In this document: positions 1 through 11,088 of the stretch, in pieces
How the letters are laid out: each line of letters opens with the position of its first letter
Numbering within the stretch: position 1 is the first letter of the stretch
Source: a bacterium
GTDB lineage: Bacteria; Pseudomonadota; Gammaproteobacteria; GCA-002705445; GCA-002716945
DNA length: 64,000 bases
Reading direction: 5' to 3'
Assembly: GCA_029979505.1 (NCBI GenBank)
Contig: JAPOHH010000003.1
Coordinates: 8,635 to 72,634 of the forward strand
The notes under the pieces: model-generated
Databases searched by the model: none
What the model saw: only the letters and a program-made list of their open reading frames with translations
What the model was told of the DNA's origin: nothing
Made by a program: the position numbers and the translations under genes

Positions 1-11
1 AGGGTATATTA

Positions 12-1223
12 TCAAGCTTTCTTATAATATTGACTTTTGTAGAACATCATAAGACCGAAAACAAAGAAAATGCTTATACTTAAAATCCCTAACCTAGCAT
101 CATTTGAAGCATAAGTTACTATTCCAACTAAAAGTGGTCCTATAAGTGCAGCAAATTTACCTAGCATATTATAAATACCAAAGTATTCAGCATGCTTATC
201 ATTTGGTATAAGCCTTGCATAGTATGATCTGCTCAAAGCTTGAATACCTCCTTGTACAAATCCTATTAAAGAGGCTATCAGATAAAATTCGTAGATACTT
301 GTTAACGAATACGAGAGAAAAGTAATGATTAAATATATTATGAGACAACCAGATATTGTAATTTCAGTAGACGATAACTCAGATACTTTATTAATTATGA
401 GAGTACCTGGAAAAGCAACAAACTGAGTTACTAATAATGCAACAAGTAAATCAAAGTTAGTAAATCCGAGTATTAATCCATAATTTATTGCCATTCTGAT
501 TATAGTGTCTACGCCATCAATATATATCCAATATGCAATTAAAAAGAAAAATATAGGTTTGTTAAATCTAATCTCTTTAAAAGTATCTAAAATGTTTGTC
601 GTTTGTATATTTTTTTTAGGCTTTTCAGTCCAATACATCATAAGTGGAATCATAAATAATAACCACCATAAAGCTGCAAATATAAATGATATTTTATTTG
701 ATGAAATTAATTCTATAGAGGAATCAGAATTAAAATATAAAAATACTAGGGTAAATACAAAAGCGAGACCCCCTCCTAGGTAACCCAGCGCATATCCCAT
801 TGATGATATTTTATTATAATTATGAGAATTAAAATTTAATAACATGGAATCATAAAATACATTTGACATCATAAAGCCTAGTAGTGAAATAGAGAAAAAT
901 ATCGATGCCATCACATAACTATCCTTAGAAATAAATGACAATACTAATGTAGAGAAAATACTTAAGCATGCAAAAATAAGTAAGAATAATTTTTTGTTTG
1001 AAAATTTATCAGCTAAAAGTCCAAATATTGGCGCAATAAATATTAATATTAAGCTTGCTGAAGAGTTTGATAATCCAAGATATAAAGTTCTTTCTGATGA
1101 TGTAATAGATTTTGCAAAATATTCAGCGAATATAATAGGAAAAAATCCTGCGAGTACTATAGTTGCATAAGCTGAATTAGCCCAATCATAAAGTATCCAA
1201 CTATAATATTTTTTAGAGTTCAA
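12..1223 (-). CDS. MFS transporter, UMF1/Atg22-like family
   Basis: 403-aa ORF, predicted to span the membrane many times. N-terminal YDWANSAY motif is typical of UMF1-family MFS permeases. Product inferred from the motif only. Confidence 0.55.
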   Translation of the reverse strand: MNSKKYYSWILYDWANSAYATIVLAGFFPIIFAEYFAKSITSSERTLYLGLSNSSASLILIFIAPIFGLLADKFSNKKLFLLIFACLSIFSTLVLSFISKDSYVMASIFFSISLLGFMMSNVFYDSMLLNFNSHNYNKISSMGYALGYLGGGLAFVFTLVFLYFNSDSSIELISSNKISFIFAALWWLLFMIPLMMYWTEKPKKNIQTTNILDTFKEIRFNKPIFFFLIAYWIYIDGVDTIIRMAINYGLILGFTNFDLLVALLVTQFVAFPGTLIINKVSELSSTEITISGCLIIYLIITFLSYSLTSIYEFYLIASLIGFVQGGIQALSRSYYARLIPNDKHAEYFGIYNMLGKFAALIGPLLVGIVTYASNDARLGILSISIFFVFGLMMFYKSQYYKKA

Positions 1224-1233
1224 AATCTTTTTT

Positions 1234-1320
1234 AGGAGACGGTGGGATTCGAACCCACGAGAGCTTTGACACCCTAACGGTTTTCAAGACCGGCCCATTC
1301 AACCACTCTGGCACGTCTCC
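1234..1320 (-). tRNA. tRNA-Ser (anticodon UGA), class II with long variable arm
   Basis: Reverse complement reads GGAGACG-UG-D arm-CCGGU CUUGAAA ACCGU-long variable arm-GUGGG UUCGAAU CCCAC-CGUCUCC. Acceptor stem is 7 bp; anticodon loop CUUGAAA gives UGA. CCA is not encoded. Ends are accurate to +/-1 nt. Confidence 0.85.
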
Positions 1321-1354
1321 GTAAGTCGCTATTATAGATGAAAAGTAATGACTA

Positions 1355-2605
1355 TTACAATTCAATGGTCTTAAAATCTAAATATTTATGAAGAACGGCA
1401 GGAATATTGATTTTATTTCCATCAAAATAATTTTCGACTAGACTAGCGAGTGTTCTGCCAACTGCTAATCCAGAACCATTCAGTGTATGAACAAATTTTT
1501 TCTTATTGTTCTCTTTATATTTCATATTTAGTCTTCGAGCTTGGAAGTCGCCAAAATTACTACATGATGATATTTCTCGATACTTATTTTGGCTAGGAAA
1601 CCAAACCTCGATATCGTATGTTTTTTGTGATGAAAATCCTAAATCTCCTGTACACAGTTCTACTAACTGATACGGCAACTCCAGGTCGTCTAATACAGAT
1701 TTTGCCTGGTTAGTAATGGCATCTAATGCTTGATCTGAGTTATCAGGGTGGACGATTTGAACGAGTTCTATTTTCTCAAACTGATGCTGTCTTATTATAC
1801 CTTTTGTGTCGAGACCATAAGAGCCTGCTTCTGACCTAAAGCAAGGTGTATGTGCTGTCATTAATATAGGAAGTTCGTTAGTAGACAGAATCATATCTCT
1901 ATATATATTTGTCAATGGAACCTCAGCTGTTGGAATTAAATATAAGTTCGAATTAGAGAGTTTAAATAAATCCTCTTCAAATTTAGGTAATTGTCCAGTG
2001 CCAGTAAGACTTTTAGCATTGCAAATATATGGAACATTATATTCAATATATGAGTTTTTAATATGTTTATTCAACATAAAACTAATCAAAGCTCTATGTA
2101 AAGATGCAAGCTTGCCTTTAAAAACAACAAAACGTGATTGTGTTATTTTTACTGCATCTTCGAAACTAATCAGATTTAATGATTCTAAAATATCACCATG
2201 TTCACGATTATTATCTACTTGAGGATTAAATGTTTTCTCAATAATCTTATTATCGTTCTCATTATGTCCAATAGGACATGATTGATGAGGTAGATTAGGT
2301 ATTTCTAGAAGATGATTATTTAAAGACGTTTCAACTAATTCTAATGATGATTTTAAACTTTGTACTTCTAAATCTATTTTCTTTGAATCAGACATAAGTT
2401 TTTCTTTTTGCGCATCATTCATAGTTGTTTTGAACGAATCTGATATGATGTTTTTATCACTAGCTAGTTTCTCTTTTTTTTGTATAAGATTTTTTCTCTC
2501 TAATGATTTAGTTTCAATAAATTTTGTATCTAATTCATATCCACGAGTCAATAATTTATTAGCAACGTTGTCTTTATCATTCAGAATATCTTTTAAATCA
2601 AGCAT
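1355..2605 (-). CDS. serS: seryl-tRNA synthetase
   Basis: 416 aa. Coiled-coil N-terminal arm followed by a class II aaRS core. Sits directly downstream of tRNA-Ser on the same strand. Confidence 0.9.
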   Translation of the reverse strand: MLDLKDILNDKDNVANKLLTRGYELDTKFIETKSLERKNLIQKKEKLASDKNIISDSFKTTMNDAQKEKLMSDSKKIDLEVQSLKSSLELVETSLNNHLLEIPNLPHQSCPIGHNENDNKIIEKTFNPQVDNNREHGDILESLNLISFEDAVKITQSRFVVFKGKLASLHRALISFMLNKHIKNSYIEYNVPYICNAKSLTGTGQLPKFEEDLFKLSNSNLYLIPTAEVPLTNIYRDMILSTNELPILMTAHTPCFRSEAGSYGLDTKGIIRQHQFEKIELVQIVHPDNSDQALDAITNQAKSVLDDLELPYQLVELCTGDLGFSSQKTYDIEVWFPSQNKYREISSCSNFGDFQARRLNMKYKENNKKKFVHTLNGSGLAVGRTLASLVENYFDGNKINIPAVLHKYLDFKTIEL

Positions 2606-2608
2606 AAA

Positions 2609-4810
2609 TTATAATATTTCCCTGTTACCGTTACTTTGAGGTTCGGATAGGATGCCTTTTGCTTCCATTGCTTCAATTAAATTTGCAGCTCGATTATAAC
2701 CAATTTTTAGTTTTCTTTGCAAAAAAGATATTGATGTTTTTTTAGTATCTTTAACAATACTCACTGCTTCATTATAGAGTTCATCAGATGTTTCGTTGAT
2801 TTCATCTTGATTATCTACTTCATCGTTACTATCCAAAAGGATAGATTCGATCTCATTATTACGTTTCTGCTCCCTCAGAAAATCAGTAACTTTTGTTATT
2901 TCTAAATCACTAACAAATGCACCATGTATTCTTTGAAGTACATTGGTACCTGACCCTCTAAATAACATATCTCCTAAACCCAAAAGCTGTTCAGCTCCCA
3001 TAGAATCAAGTATTGTTCTTGAGTCAATATTCGATGAGACCTTAAGTCCAATTCTTGTTGGAATATTAGCTTTAATAAGTCCTGTTATCACATTAACCGA
3101 TGGTCTTTGTGTAGCCAAGATTAAATGAATACCCGCAGCACGTGCTTTTTGAGCTAAACGAGTAATTAAATCCTCTACTTTTTTTCCAACTGTTTGCATC
3201 ATATCTGCAAATTCATCAACAACAACAACTATATAAGGTAGCTTTTCATGGAATCTTTCATTATTTCCCTCTGTTGGACCATAGACAGCTTTATTGCCGT
3301 CATTCATATTTTTCATAATTTGTTTGTTGTATGACTCGATATTTCTAACATTAAGGTCCATCATAAATCTATATCGACGCTCCATTTCTTGTACACACCA
3401 ATGTAAAACACTTTTGGCTTCATTCATGTCTGTTACTACAGGATGCAATAAATGTGGTAAACCCTCGTATGTACTGAGCTCAAGCATTTTCGGATCAATC
3501 ATTAAAAATTTTAGATTTTCTATATCATTTTTATACAGCAAACTTACAATCATTGAGTGGACAGCAACTGATTTGCCTGACCCAGTGGTTCCAGCAACCA
3601 ACAAGTGTGGTAGTTTATGTAAATCAACACATACTGGCTTTCCTTGGATGTCTTTTCCTAAAGCCATCGTGAGTGAAGCTTTGGAATTTTCAAATTCTTT
3701 CGAACTAATTATGTCTTTAAGTGAAACAGTTTCCCGATCATCATTTGGTATTTCAATTCCAATGTGAGCTGTCCCTGGAACTGTTTCAACAACTCGTAAA
3801 CTTGGAACTGTCATAGTTCTTGCTAAATCTTTACTTATAGTACTAATGGTAGCTGCTTTTGTTCCAGCTACAGGTTCAATTTCAAACAACGTTACTATAG
3901 GACCAGGCTTAACTGCCTTAACTTTTGCTTTTATTCCATAATGTTCTAGGTTTTGTTCTAACATTTCAGACATCAACTTTAAAGATTCTTCATCATGATT
4001 AATAATTTCTGAATTATGCTTTTCAAGAAATTCTAGTAAAGGTAATTTGTTATTTTCCGAAAATAATGTTTGTTGTTTTTCTTTAAAAGCTCTTTTGCTT
4101 TCAGTTGATTTTGGCTTAATAATTTCTACTTCAGCAATACTTATTTTTTTCTTAGTTATATTGTCATTATTAATTTTCTTTTGCTTAAATAATTGAATTC
4201 GTAAGTTCATTTTTTCATAAAAACTCAAGACTTTATATTTTGTTTTTAGATAAATATAGGTAAGGATTTTTTTAAATCTGTTATATGTGTTAATTACAGA
4301 TATGTCGAAATAATAAACAAATGAATATAATAAAGTTACAAGAGATGCTACAACAGAGCCATATATACCAATATAGCTTGAGAGATAGTGCAAGGATATA
4401 TGACCAAGATATCCACCTGTGCCTGGTAAAATAAAATCAGAATTAACTGAAATACTTGTAAATATTAACAAGACAAGAAATAAGTTTTTATATGAAAAGT
4501 TTGTACCACGAGAACGGATGATTGTATATCGCTCAAGAACTAAATAAATCAATAGAGCTATTAAAAAGTATGATGTCTTGCCGAATATCATGAATGTCAT
4601 ATGGGAAATATATGATCCAAAAATACCAATGTAGTTATTTATCGTCTCTTCGAGACCGGTTTTAAAAAAATTAGGATCAGACGGATCGTATGAAATAATT
4701 GAAAGAGTAAAAAGTAGTGTAAAAATTAGAAAAAAGAAATTAAATATCTCTTTAGGCAAATAATTCAATTTGGTTTTAGTAAATTTTTTATTTCTTTTTA
4801 ATTGAGCCAA
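2609..4810 (-). CDS. ftsK: DNA translocase FtsK
   Basis: 733 aa. N-terminal TM segments, Walker A GTTGSGKS and a C-terminal gamma domain. Divergent from trxB, as in E. coli. Confidence 0.85.
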   Translation of the reverse strand: MAQLKRNKKFTKTKLNYLPKEIFNFFFLIFTLLFTLSIISYDPSDPNFFKTGLEETINNYIGIFGSYISHMTFMIFGKTSYFLIALLIYLVLERYTIIRSRGTNFSYKNLFLVLLIFTSISVNSDFILPGTGGYLGHISLHYLSSYIGIYGSVVASLVTLLYSFVYYFDISVINTYNRFKKILTYIYLKTKYKVLSFYEKMNLRIQLFKQKKINNDNITKKKISIAEVEIIKPKSTESKRAFKEKQQTLFSENNKLPLLEFLEKHNSEIINHDEESLKLMSEMLEQNLEHYGIKAKVKAVKPGPIVTLFEIEPVAGTKAATISTISKDLARTMTVPSLRVVETVPGTAHIGIEIPNDDRETVSLKDIISSKEFENSKASLTMALGKDIQGKPVCVDLHKLPHLLVAGTTGSGKSVAVHSMIVSLLYKNDIENLKFLMIDPKMLELSTYEGLPHLLHPVVTDMNEAKSVLHWCVQEMERRYRFMMDLNVRNIESYNKQIMKNMNDGNKAVYGPTEGNNERFHEKLPYIVVVVDEFADMMQTVGKKVEDLITRLAQKARAAGIHLILATQRPSVNVITGLIKANIPTRIGLKVSSNIDSRTILDSMGAEQLLGLGDMLFRGSGTNVLQRIHGAFVSDLEITKVTDFLREQKRNNEIESILLDSNDEVDNQDEINETSDELYNEAVSIVKDTKKTSISFLQRKLKIGYNRAANLIEAMEAKGILSEPQSNGNREIL

Positions 4811-4883
4811 ATAAACCTCATTTCAATAAGAATTATACAAATTTTTGTAAGAAATATATACATATATAATGTAAACAAATTAT

Positions 4884-4898
4884 TGTGTATAATACACA
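4884..4898. promoter_or_regulatory. perfect 7-1-7 palindrome TGTGTAT-A-ATACACA in the ftsK/trxB divergent region; overlaps a TATAAT -10-like hexamer
   Basis: Read directly: the two half-sites are exact reverse complements. Lies 25 nt upstream of the trxB ATG. Confidence 0.4.
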
Positions 4899-4916
4899 GG
4901 TCAAATATACAGCTGA

Positions 4917-5870
<954 letters not shown>

Positions 5871-6033
5871 ATACTATGCCCTAAAAAATGCATACTAAGG
5901 ATATATACGAAAAGTATAATCATTGCAAAGTATGCTAATGACAACATGTAATGTATAAATTCATACTTATCGTTAATTTTTTTTCTTGCAATAGCTATAA
6001 CGAGTATAGAGACAAATAATATTATTAATATTC

Positions 6034-7440
6034 TCATGACACTGTTTCGTTAATAATATTTTTTATTTCATTGACATCATTATCAGCAATAATCATTCTC
6101 TCTTCCTGTTTTTCGAGCATTCTAACTTTTTCAGTAACAAACGAGTCATCAGAAATAATTTCTGATACCGTTTCTTTGAATTTTGCTGGATGGGCTGTGG
6201 ATAATGTTACAAGTATATCTTCAGATGAAGATTGTTTTCTTCCGCATGCAACCCCTACAGCGGTATGCGGATCTAATGTGATATTATATTTTGAATAATA
6301 TTCTAAAATTATTTCTTTTACTTCATCTTCAGAAGCACTGTCTGATGTAAAGTATCTAGATATATATGTTTGACACTCATTTGTTAATGAAAACGTCCCC
6401 TCCTTTTTCAGATTATTCATAATCTTTTTGACATAACTAGAGTCTTTACAAGAGTCATATATTAATCGTTCAAAATTACTTGAAACTTGTATATCTATGC
6501 TGGGAGATGACGTACTTACAACGCTCTTAATTGTATGCTCACCTGATTTTAAAGCAATATCTAATATATTGTTTTCATTAGTTGCAATATTAAGTTTTTT
6601 AAACTTAAGACCCATTCTTTTTGAAATATATCCTGCTAATATATCACCAAAGTTTCCAGTCGGTACCGAATAAACTATGTTTTCACTATTTTCTATCCTA
6701 CTTGCAGAATAAAAATAATATGTAATTTGACACATAATTCTTGCCCAATTTATTGAGTTGATTGCACCTAGATTATTAGATTTTTTGTAATCATCATCAG
6801 AAAATATTTCTTTTATAATTCTTTGACAATCATCAAAGTTACCTTTTACAGCAATATTCACAACATTATCTGAATTTATAGTGGTCATAAATTTACGTTG
6901 TGTAGAAGAGATTAAATTATAAGGATGCAATATGAATACATTTGATGATGGAATATTTTCAAAGCCATATATGGCTGCAGAGCCAGTATCACCAGATGTT
7001 GCACCAAGAATATTGATATTCTTTTTATCTATTTCTAAATAGTATCCCATAAGTCTTCCAATAAATTGCATCGCAATATCTTTAAAAGCATATGTGGGCC
7101 CATAAAATAATTCTAATAGATATTCATTTTTTGAAATTTTATTTACTGGAGTAATATTCTTATTTGTAAAATCTTTATACGATTCCTCAATAATTTCTCT
7201 AATTTTATCGTCTGAGATTGAATCATCAATATATGGTTTAAAAACATGAAAAGCAATTTCTTGATATGACATACTAGCAAACGAATCAATAATAGTTTGA
7301 TTAATTTTTGGCCAATATTCAGGAAGGTATAGACCGCCATCACTAGCTAGTCCCTCAAATATTACATCTTTGAAGAGTAACTCATCTGCATCGCCACGGG
7401 TGCTTATATATTTAATAAACTTATCTTCAGTCATTATCAC
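6034..7440 (-). CDS. thrC: threonine synthase
   Basis: 468 aa PLP-dependent fold. Overlaps the hom stop by 14 nt, so hom-thrC form an operon. Confidence 0.85.
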   Translation of the reverse strand: MIMTEDKFIKYISTRGDADELLFKDVIFEGLASDGGLYLPEYWPKINQTIIDSFASMSYQEIAFHVFKPYIDDSISDDKIREIIEESYKDFTNKNITPVNKISKNEYLLELFYGPTYAFKDIAMQFIGRLMGYYLEIDKKNINILGATSGDTGSAAIYGFENIPSSNVFILHPYNLISSTQRKFMTTINSDNVVNIAVKGNFDDCQRIIKEIFSDDDYKKSNNLGAINSINWARIMCQITYYFYSASRIENSENIVYSVPTGNFGDILAGYISKRMGLKFKKLNIATNENNILDIALKSGEHTIKSVVSTSSPSIDIQVSSNFERLIYDSCKDSSYVKKIMNNLKKEGTFSLTNECQTYISRYFTSDSASEDEVKEIILEYYSKYNITLDPHTAVGVACGRKQSSSEDILVTLSTAHPAKFKETVSEIISDDSFVTEKVRMLEKQEERMIIADNDVNEIKNIINETVS

Positions 7441-8716
7441 AAAAAACTCTGATTAAATTTACTTTTCCATTTATATTATTTAATGATTCTATTTTATTAA
7501 TAGATGACAGTATCTTTTCATGTGAGACAGAGTTAGTTATCATAACTATAGGAATTAGTTTATCTGAATTCAGTGGTTCATGCTGTGTAACTGCCTCAAT
7601 ACTAATTTCATGTGATGCGAGTGTTGATGTAATTTCTGCCATTACCCCAGGAACATCATTAGCGAATATTCTCAAGTAGTATTGTGTTGAGATAGCATTA
7701 ATATCAGTAATACTCCTATTAGAAATTAAGTAATCTTCATTCATTTTTTTATTAGATTCATATTTTTTATAGATACAAAAATCTTTAATATTTGAAATAA
7801 CAGCGGAGGCTGTAGCCTCTCCGCCTGCACCTTGTCCATAAAGTAAAGATGTTCCGAAGCGATTTCCTACTGTTCTTACCGCATTCATTACTCCATCCAC
7901 ATTAGATAAAATATTTGAATTATGGATAAGAACAGGATGAGCTCTACATTCAATAGTTGTATCAGTAGCTTTTGTAAGCGCTACATGTTTTATCGTATAA
8001 CCTAATTCTTTAGCATAATCTATATCCATTCTTTCAATATTTTCAATTCCCTCGATGTACATATTTTTAAATGGTGACTGTATTCTATACGCGAGCATAG
8101 CAAGAATAGATATTTTATGGGCTGCATCAAAGCCTCCAACATCAAAGGTTGGATCTGCTTCTGCATATCCTAATTCTTGAGCCATACTTAGAGCCTCTGA
8201 GAAATCTTTATTATTTGATGACATTTGATCTAGTATATAGTTACATGTGCCGTTGATAATTCCACTGATAGACAAAATATTTTCATTCAGCATGTTATGC
8301 GAAAGAGAATTTATAATGGGTATGGCTCCTGCCACAGCAGCTTCAAAGCCTAGGTAAACATTGTGTTTATTAGAAAGTTTAAATAATTCATCCCCGTGTT
8401 CAGCAATTAAGGCTTTATTGGCAGTAATGACAGATTTATTATTTTGAATTGCTTTTACGACTAACTCTTTTGCTATCTCAACGCCACCAACTAATTCAAT
8501 TATTAAATCACAATCTGATTGAACGACGCTGAGAATGTCAGATGAGAATTGTATGCTGTCACTATCGAATTTTTTCTTTTGAATTGACCTATCTGCAATA
8601 ATAGATATCGCAATTTCTTCATTACAGTTATTAGATATTAAATCTTGATATTTGAGAAAATGACTTACTAAGTTTTTTCCTACCGTACCGTAACCACACA
8701 CACCTATCTTAAACAT
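7427..8716 (-). CDS. hom: homoserine dehydrogenase
   Basis: 429 aa. N-terminal NAD-binding GxGxVG, a catalytic domain and a C-terminal ACT domain. Confidence 0.85.
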   Translation of the reverse strand: MFKIGVCGYGTVGKNLVSHFLKYQDLISNNCNEEIAISIIADRSIQKKKFDSDSIQFSSDILSVVQSDCDLIIELVGGVEIAKELVVKAIQNNKSVITANKALIAEHGDELFKLSNKHNVYLGFEAAVAGAIPIINSLSHNMLNENILSISGIINGTCNYILDQMSSNNKDFSEALSMAQELGYAEADPTFDVGGFDAAHKISILAMLAYRIQSPFKNMYIEGIENIERMDIDYAKELGYTIKHVALTKATDTTIECRAHPVLIHNSNILSNVDGVMNAVRTVGNRFGTSLLYGQGAGGEATASAVISNIKDFCIYKKYESNKKMNEDYLISNRSITDINAISTQYYLRIFANDVPGVMAEITSTLASHEISIEAVTQHEPLNSDKLIPIVMITNSVSHEKILSSINKIESLNNINGKVNLIRVFCDND

Positions 8717-8774
8717 TCAGACTCCTATATAATGTGGATATAATATCATAATAATATCGAATTTCGCTTAGATT

Positions 8775-9137
8775 ATGGAACTAGTTGAAGACAAATATAC
8801 CAATGACTTTAGTATTAACAAATATTCTGATGCTACAATTGTGATTAGTAATTTCTCATACAAAAAACCCATCATTTATAATCAAAAAGAAATAATTCTG
8901 TTTCCTGTTGCAAGTTCTAAATTAATACAACTGAAAGATATAGAAAAATATCTAGATGTCATTGATATGATTCTGATAGGGACAGGAACAGAGGTAGTTT
9001 TACCTGATCAAGACTTTATTAGAGTTCTTCACGAAAAAAATAAAGGTTTAGAGTTCATGAATACAAAATCTGCATGTAAAACTCATAATTTATTGCTATC
9101 AGAGAATCGCTCATTTATATCAATATTCTATCCATAA
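8775..9137 (+). CDS. Mth938-like (DUF498) domain protein
   Basis: 120 aa. LIGTGTE...MNTKSACKTHNLL matches the Mth938/DUF498 signature (GTG ... MdT.aAcrTyN). Confidence 0.45.
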   Translation: MELVEDKYTNDFSINKYSDATIVISNFSYKKPIIYNQKEIILFPVASSKLIQLKDIEKYLDVIDMILIGTGTEVVLPDQDFIRVLHEKNKGLEFMNTKSACKTHNLLLSENRSFISIFYP

Positions 9138-9677
9138 AATTAATATTATAATTATAAATACAAAAAGTAATAAGTATTTATTTACTAATTTAAGTATAGA
9201 TTCGCCATAGTTATTACATATGAACGCAACCAAAAAGAATCTTGCAGAGCGGCCGATAATTGATATTAATATGAAAAGAAGGATATTATAACTCATTACT
9301 CCAGCACTAATGGTAAACACCTTATATGGTATTGGTGTAAATGCAGATATAAATAAAAAAATAATTCCGTATGATTCAAATAGGCTTTTAGCAGTTATAA
9401 AATCATTGTACTTATTAAACTGATGGAGGAAAGGTTCAATGAAATCAAATAAATAAAATCCAAGGTAATAGCCAAAAACACCTCCTAATACTGACCATAA
9501 TGAAGCTGTTATTGTAATATCTATCCAGTTATGCTTCTTAGACAGGACCATAGGAGCAAGCAATGTATCAGTAGGAATTGGGAAAAATATTGATTCAAAA
9601 AAGCTTAGCACTCTTAGATACATAACTGAGCTTTTCGAGCCACATTTATTAATAATTATAGAAATAATATTACTCAT
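9120..9677 (-). CDS. YqaA/DedA-family (VTT domain) inner membrane protein
   Basis: 185 aa, predicted 4-TM. FPIPTDTLLAPM motif is typical of COG1238 YqaA proteins. Its 3' end overlaps the convergent DUF498 gene by 18 nt. Confidence 0.5.
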   Translation of the reverse strand: MSNIISIIINKCGSKSSVMYLRVLSFFESIFFPIPTDTLLAPMVLSKKHNWIDITITASLWSVLGGVFGYYLGFYLFDFIEPFLHQFNKYNDFITAKSLFESYGIIFLFISAFTPIPYKVFTISAGVMSYNILLFILISIIGRSARFFLVAFICNNYGESILKLVNKYLLLFVFIIIILILWIEY

Positions 9678-10341
9678 TTGTTTCTATGCCTTGAAGTAGT
9701 GGGACAAAAACAACATCTTCGATAATTTTTTTTATGATACCGTTTTTGGTATTTTTAAGTTTAACTAATTTCTGACCTTCATTATCTTTTAATGGAAGAA
9801 CAATTCTTCCTTTATTTGAAATTTGTTTAATAAGATTTTCAGGAATACTGTCAGCAGCAGCAGTAATAATAACAGCATCATAAGGACTGTTTTGTAAATA
9901 ACCCATGTGGCCATCACCTAAAATAAATGAAATATTTTTAAAGCCTAATTGTAATAATTTCTTTTTTGATTTTTCATGAAGTAAAGTTATTCTCTCAATT
10001 GTAGTAACCTTTTTGAATAGCATTGATAATATAGATGTTTGATATCCTGATCCTGTTCCAATCTCAAGTACATTTTTCATCGAGTCTTTCTCATGAATAA
10101 GTTCAGTCATTCTTGCAACCATATATGGCTGGGATATAGTTTGATTAAACCCTATTGGAAGAGACACATTTTCATATGCTCTATTAGCCAATGCTGTATC
10201 TATAAAAAGATGTCTTGGCATATTAGAAATAAGGTTTATAACTTCAGAGTTTTTGATACCTAGTTTTTTTAGTTCATCAATAAGTTTTTTTCTACTTGCA
10301 TGTGAAGTAAGGCCTGAGCCTAGTATTTTATCTATATTCAT
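9670..10341 (-). CDS. pcm: protein-L-isoaspartate O-methyltransferase
   Basis: 223 aa. SAM-binding motif VLEIGTGSGYQT. Sits downstream of surE, as in E. coli. Confidence 0.85.
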   Translation of the reverse strand: MNIDKILGSGLTSHASRKKLIDELKKLGIKNSEVINLISNMPRHLFIDTALANRAYENVSLPIGFNQTISQPYMVARMTELIHEKDSMKNVLEIGTGSGYQTSILSMLFKKVTTIERITLLHEKSKKKLLQLGFKNISFILGDGHMGYLQNSPYDAVIITAAADSIPENLIKQISNKGRIVLPLKDNEGQKLVKLKNTKNGIIKKIIEDVVFVPLLQGIETNE

Positions 10342-10346
10342 ATTAA

Positions 10347-11069
10347 TTATTTTATCTTTTTGTAGGTGTCGTTATCAGTCATATCAATCATAAGTGGTGT
10401 AATTGAAACAAAACCTTTACTAACAGCATCAAAGTCACATCCTGAGGAAATAAGTCCTTTACCGACTTTTCCTATATTATAAAATGATTTTTCACCTTTA
10501 AGTATTGGTATAGCCCTCTTAGATATTTCTCTTCTGCCTTGTTTCGTAATTTTAATACCCTTTATTTTATTCATCGGAAGATCTGGTATATTAATATTGA
10601 GAATTGATTTATATTTTAGTAGGTTTTTAAAAATATAATCAATTATGTTGGCCAATTTATTATCCAAGTCCTTCAAATATTTTGGCTCTTTAGAGGTTAT
10701 TGATATTGCTACACTTCCATATCTAGAATGTCTACCTTCTATAGCAGCTCCTAAAGTGCCAGAGTAAATTACATCATCACCTAGATTTGAACCCAAATTT
10801 ACTCCACTAAAAACTATATCAGGATATTTTTTAAGAATTCCCCTAGTGGCAATATGCACGCAATCTGCTGGACTCCCATAAACCTTATAGTAGTTTTTCG
10901 ATATTTTATCTATACGAACTGGATTATGTACGCTTAGACTACTGCTTGAAGCACTAATATCTTTATGTGGTGCAACTGTTAATACGTTGCCATATTTTTG
11001 CAACACAGCCTGCAGCGTCATCAATCCTAATGATTTATATCCATCATCATTGGATAACAAAATATTCAC
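10347..11069 (-). CDS. surE: 5'/3'-nucleotidase SurE
   Basis: Conserved N-terminus (V)NILLSNDDGY. The ORF-track ATG at 11135 adds 22 unconserved residues. A GTG at 11069 preceded by GGAG is the likelier start. Confidence 0.8.
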   Translation of the reverse strand: MNILLSNDDGYKSLGLMTLQAVLQKYGNVLTVAPHKDISASSSSLSVHNPVRIDKISKNYYKVYGSPADCVHIATRGILKKYPDIVFSGVNLGSNLGDDVIYSGTLGAAIEGRHSRYGSVAISITSKEPKYLKDLDNKLANIIDYIFKNLLKYKSILNINIPDLPMNKIKGIKITKQGRREISKRAIPILKGEKSFYNIGKVGKGLISSGCDFDAVSKGFVSITPLMIDMTDNDTYKKIK

Positions 11070-11088
11070 AAACACTCCATATATAGAT

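Noticed and set aside
505-783. 92-aa plus-strand ORF inside the MFS transporter gene; also 24088..24297 inside soxX and 4798..4998 bridging ftsK/trxB
   Set aside because: Nested in or overlapping better-supported genes with no domain signal. The 4798..4998 ORF would span the divergent promoter region.
3294-3767. 157-aa ORF antisense to ftsK; also 2943..3128
   Set aside because: Internal to ftsK on the opposite strand with no motifs. Spurious.
10987-11088. Upstream extension of the Smr-domain ORF overlapping surE
   Set aside because: Would overlap the conserved surE N-terminus on the opposite strand by about 80 nt. An internal ATG is a more plausible start.
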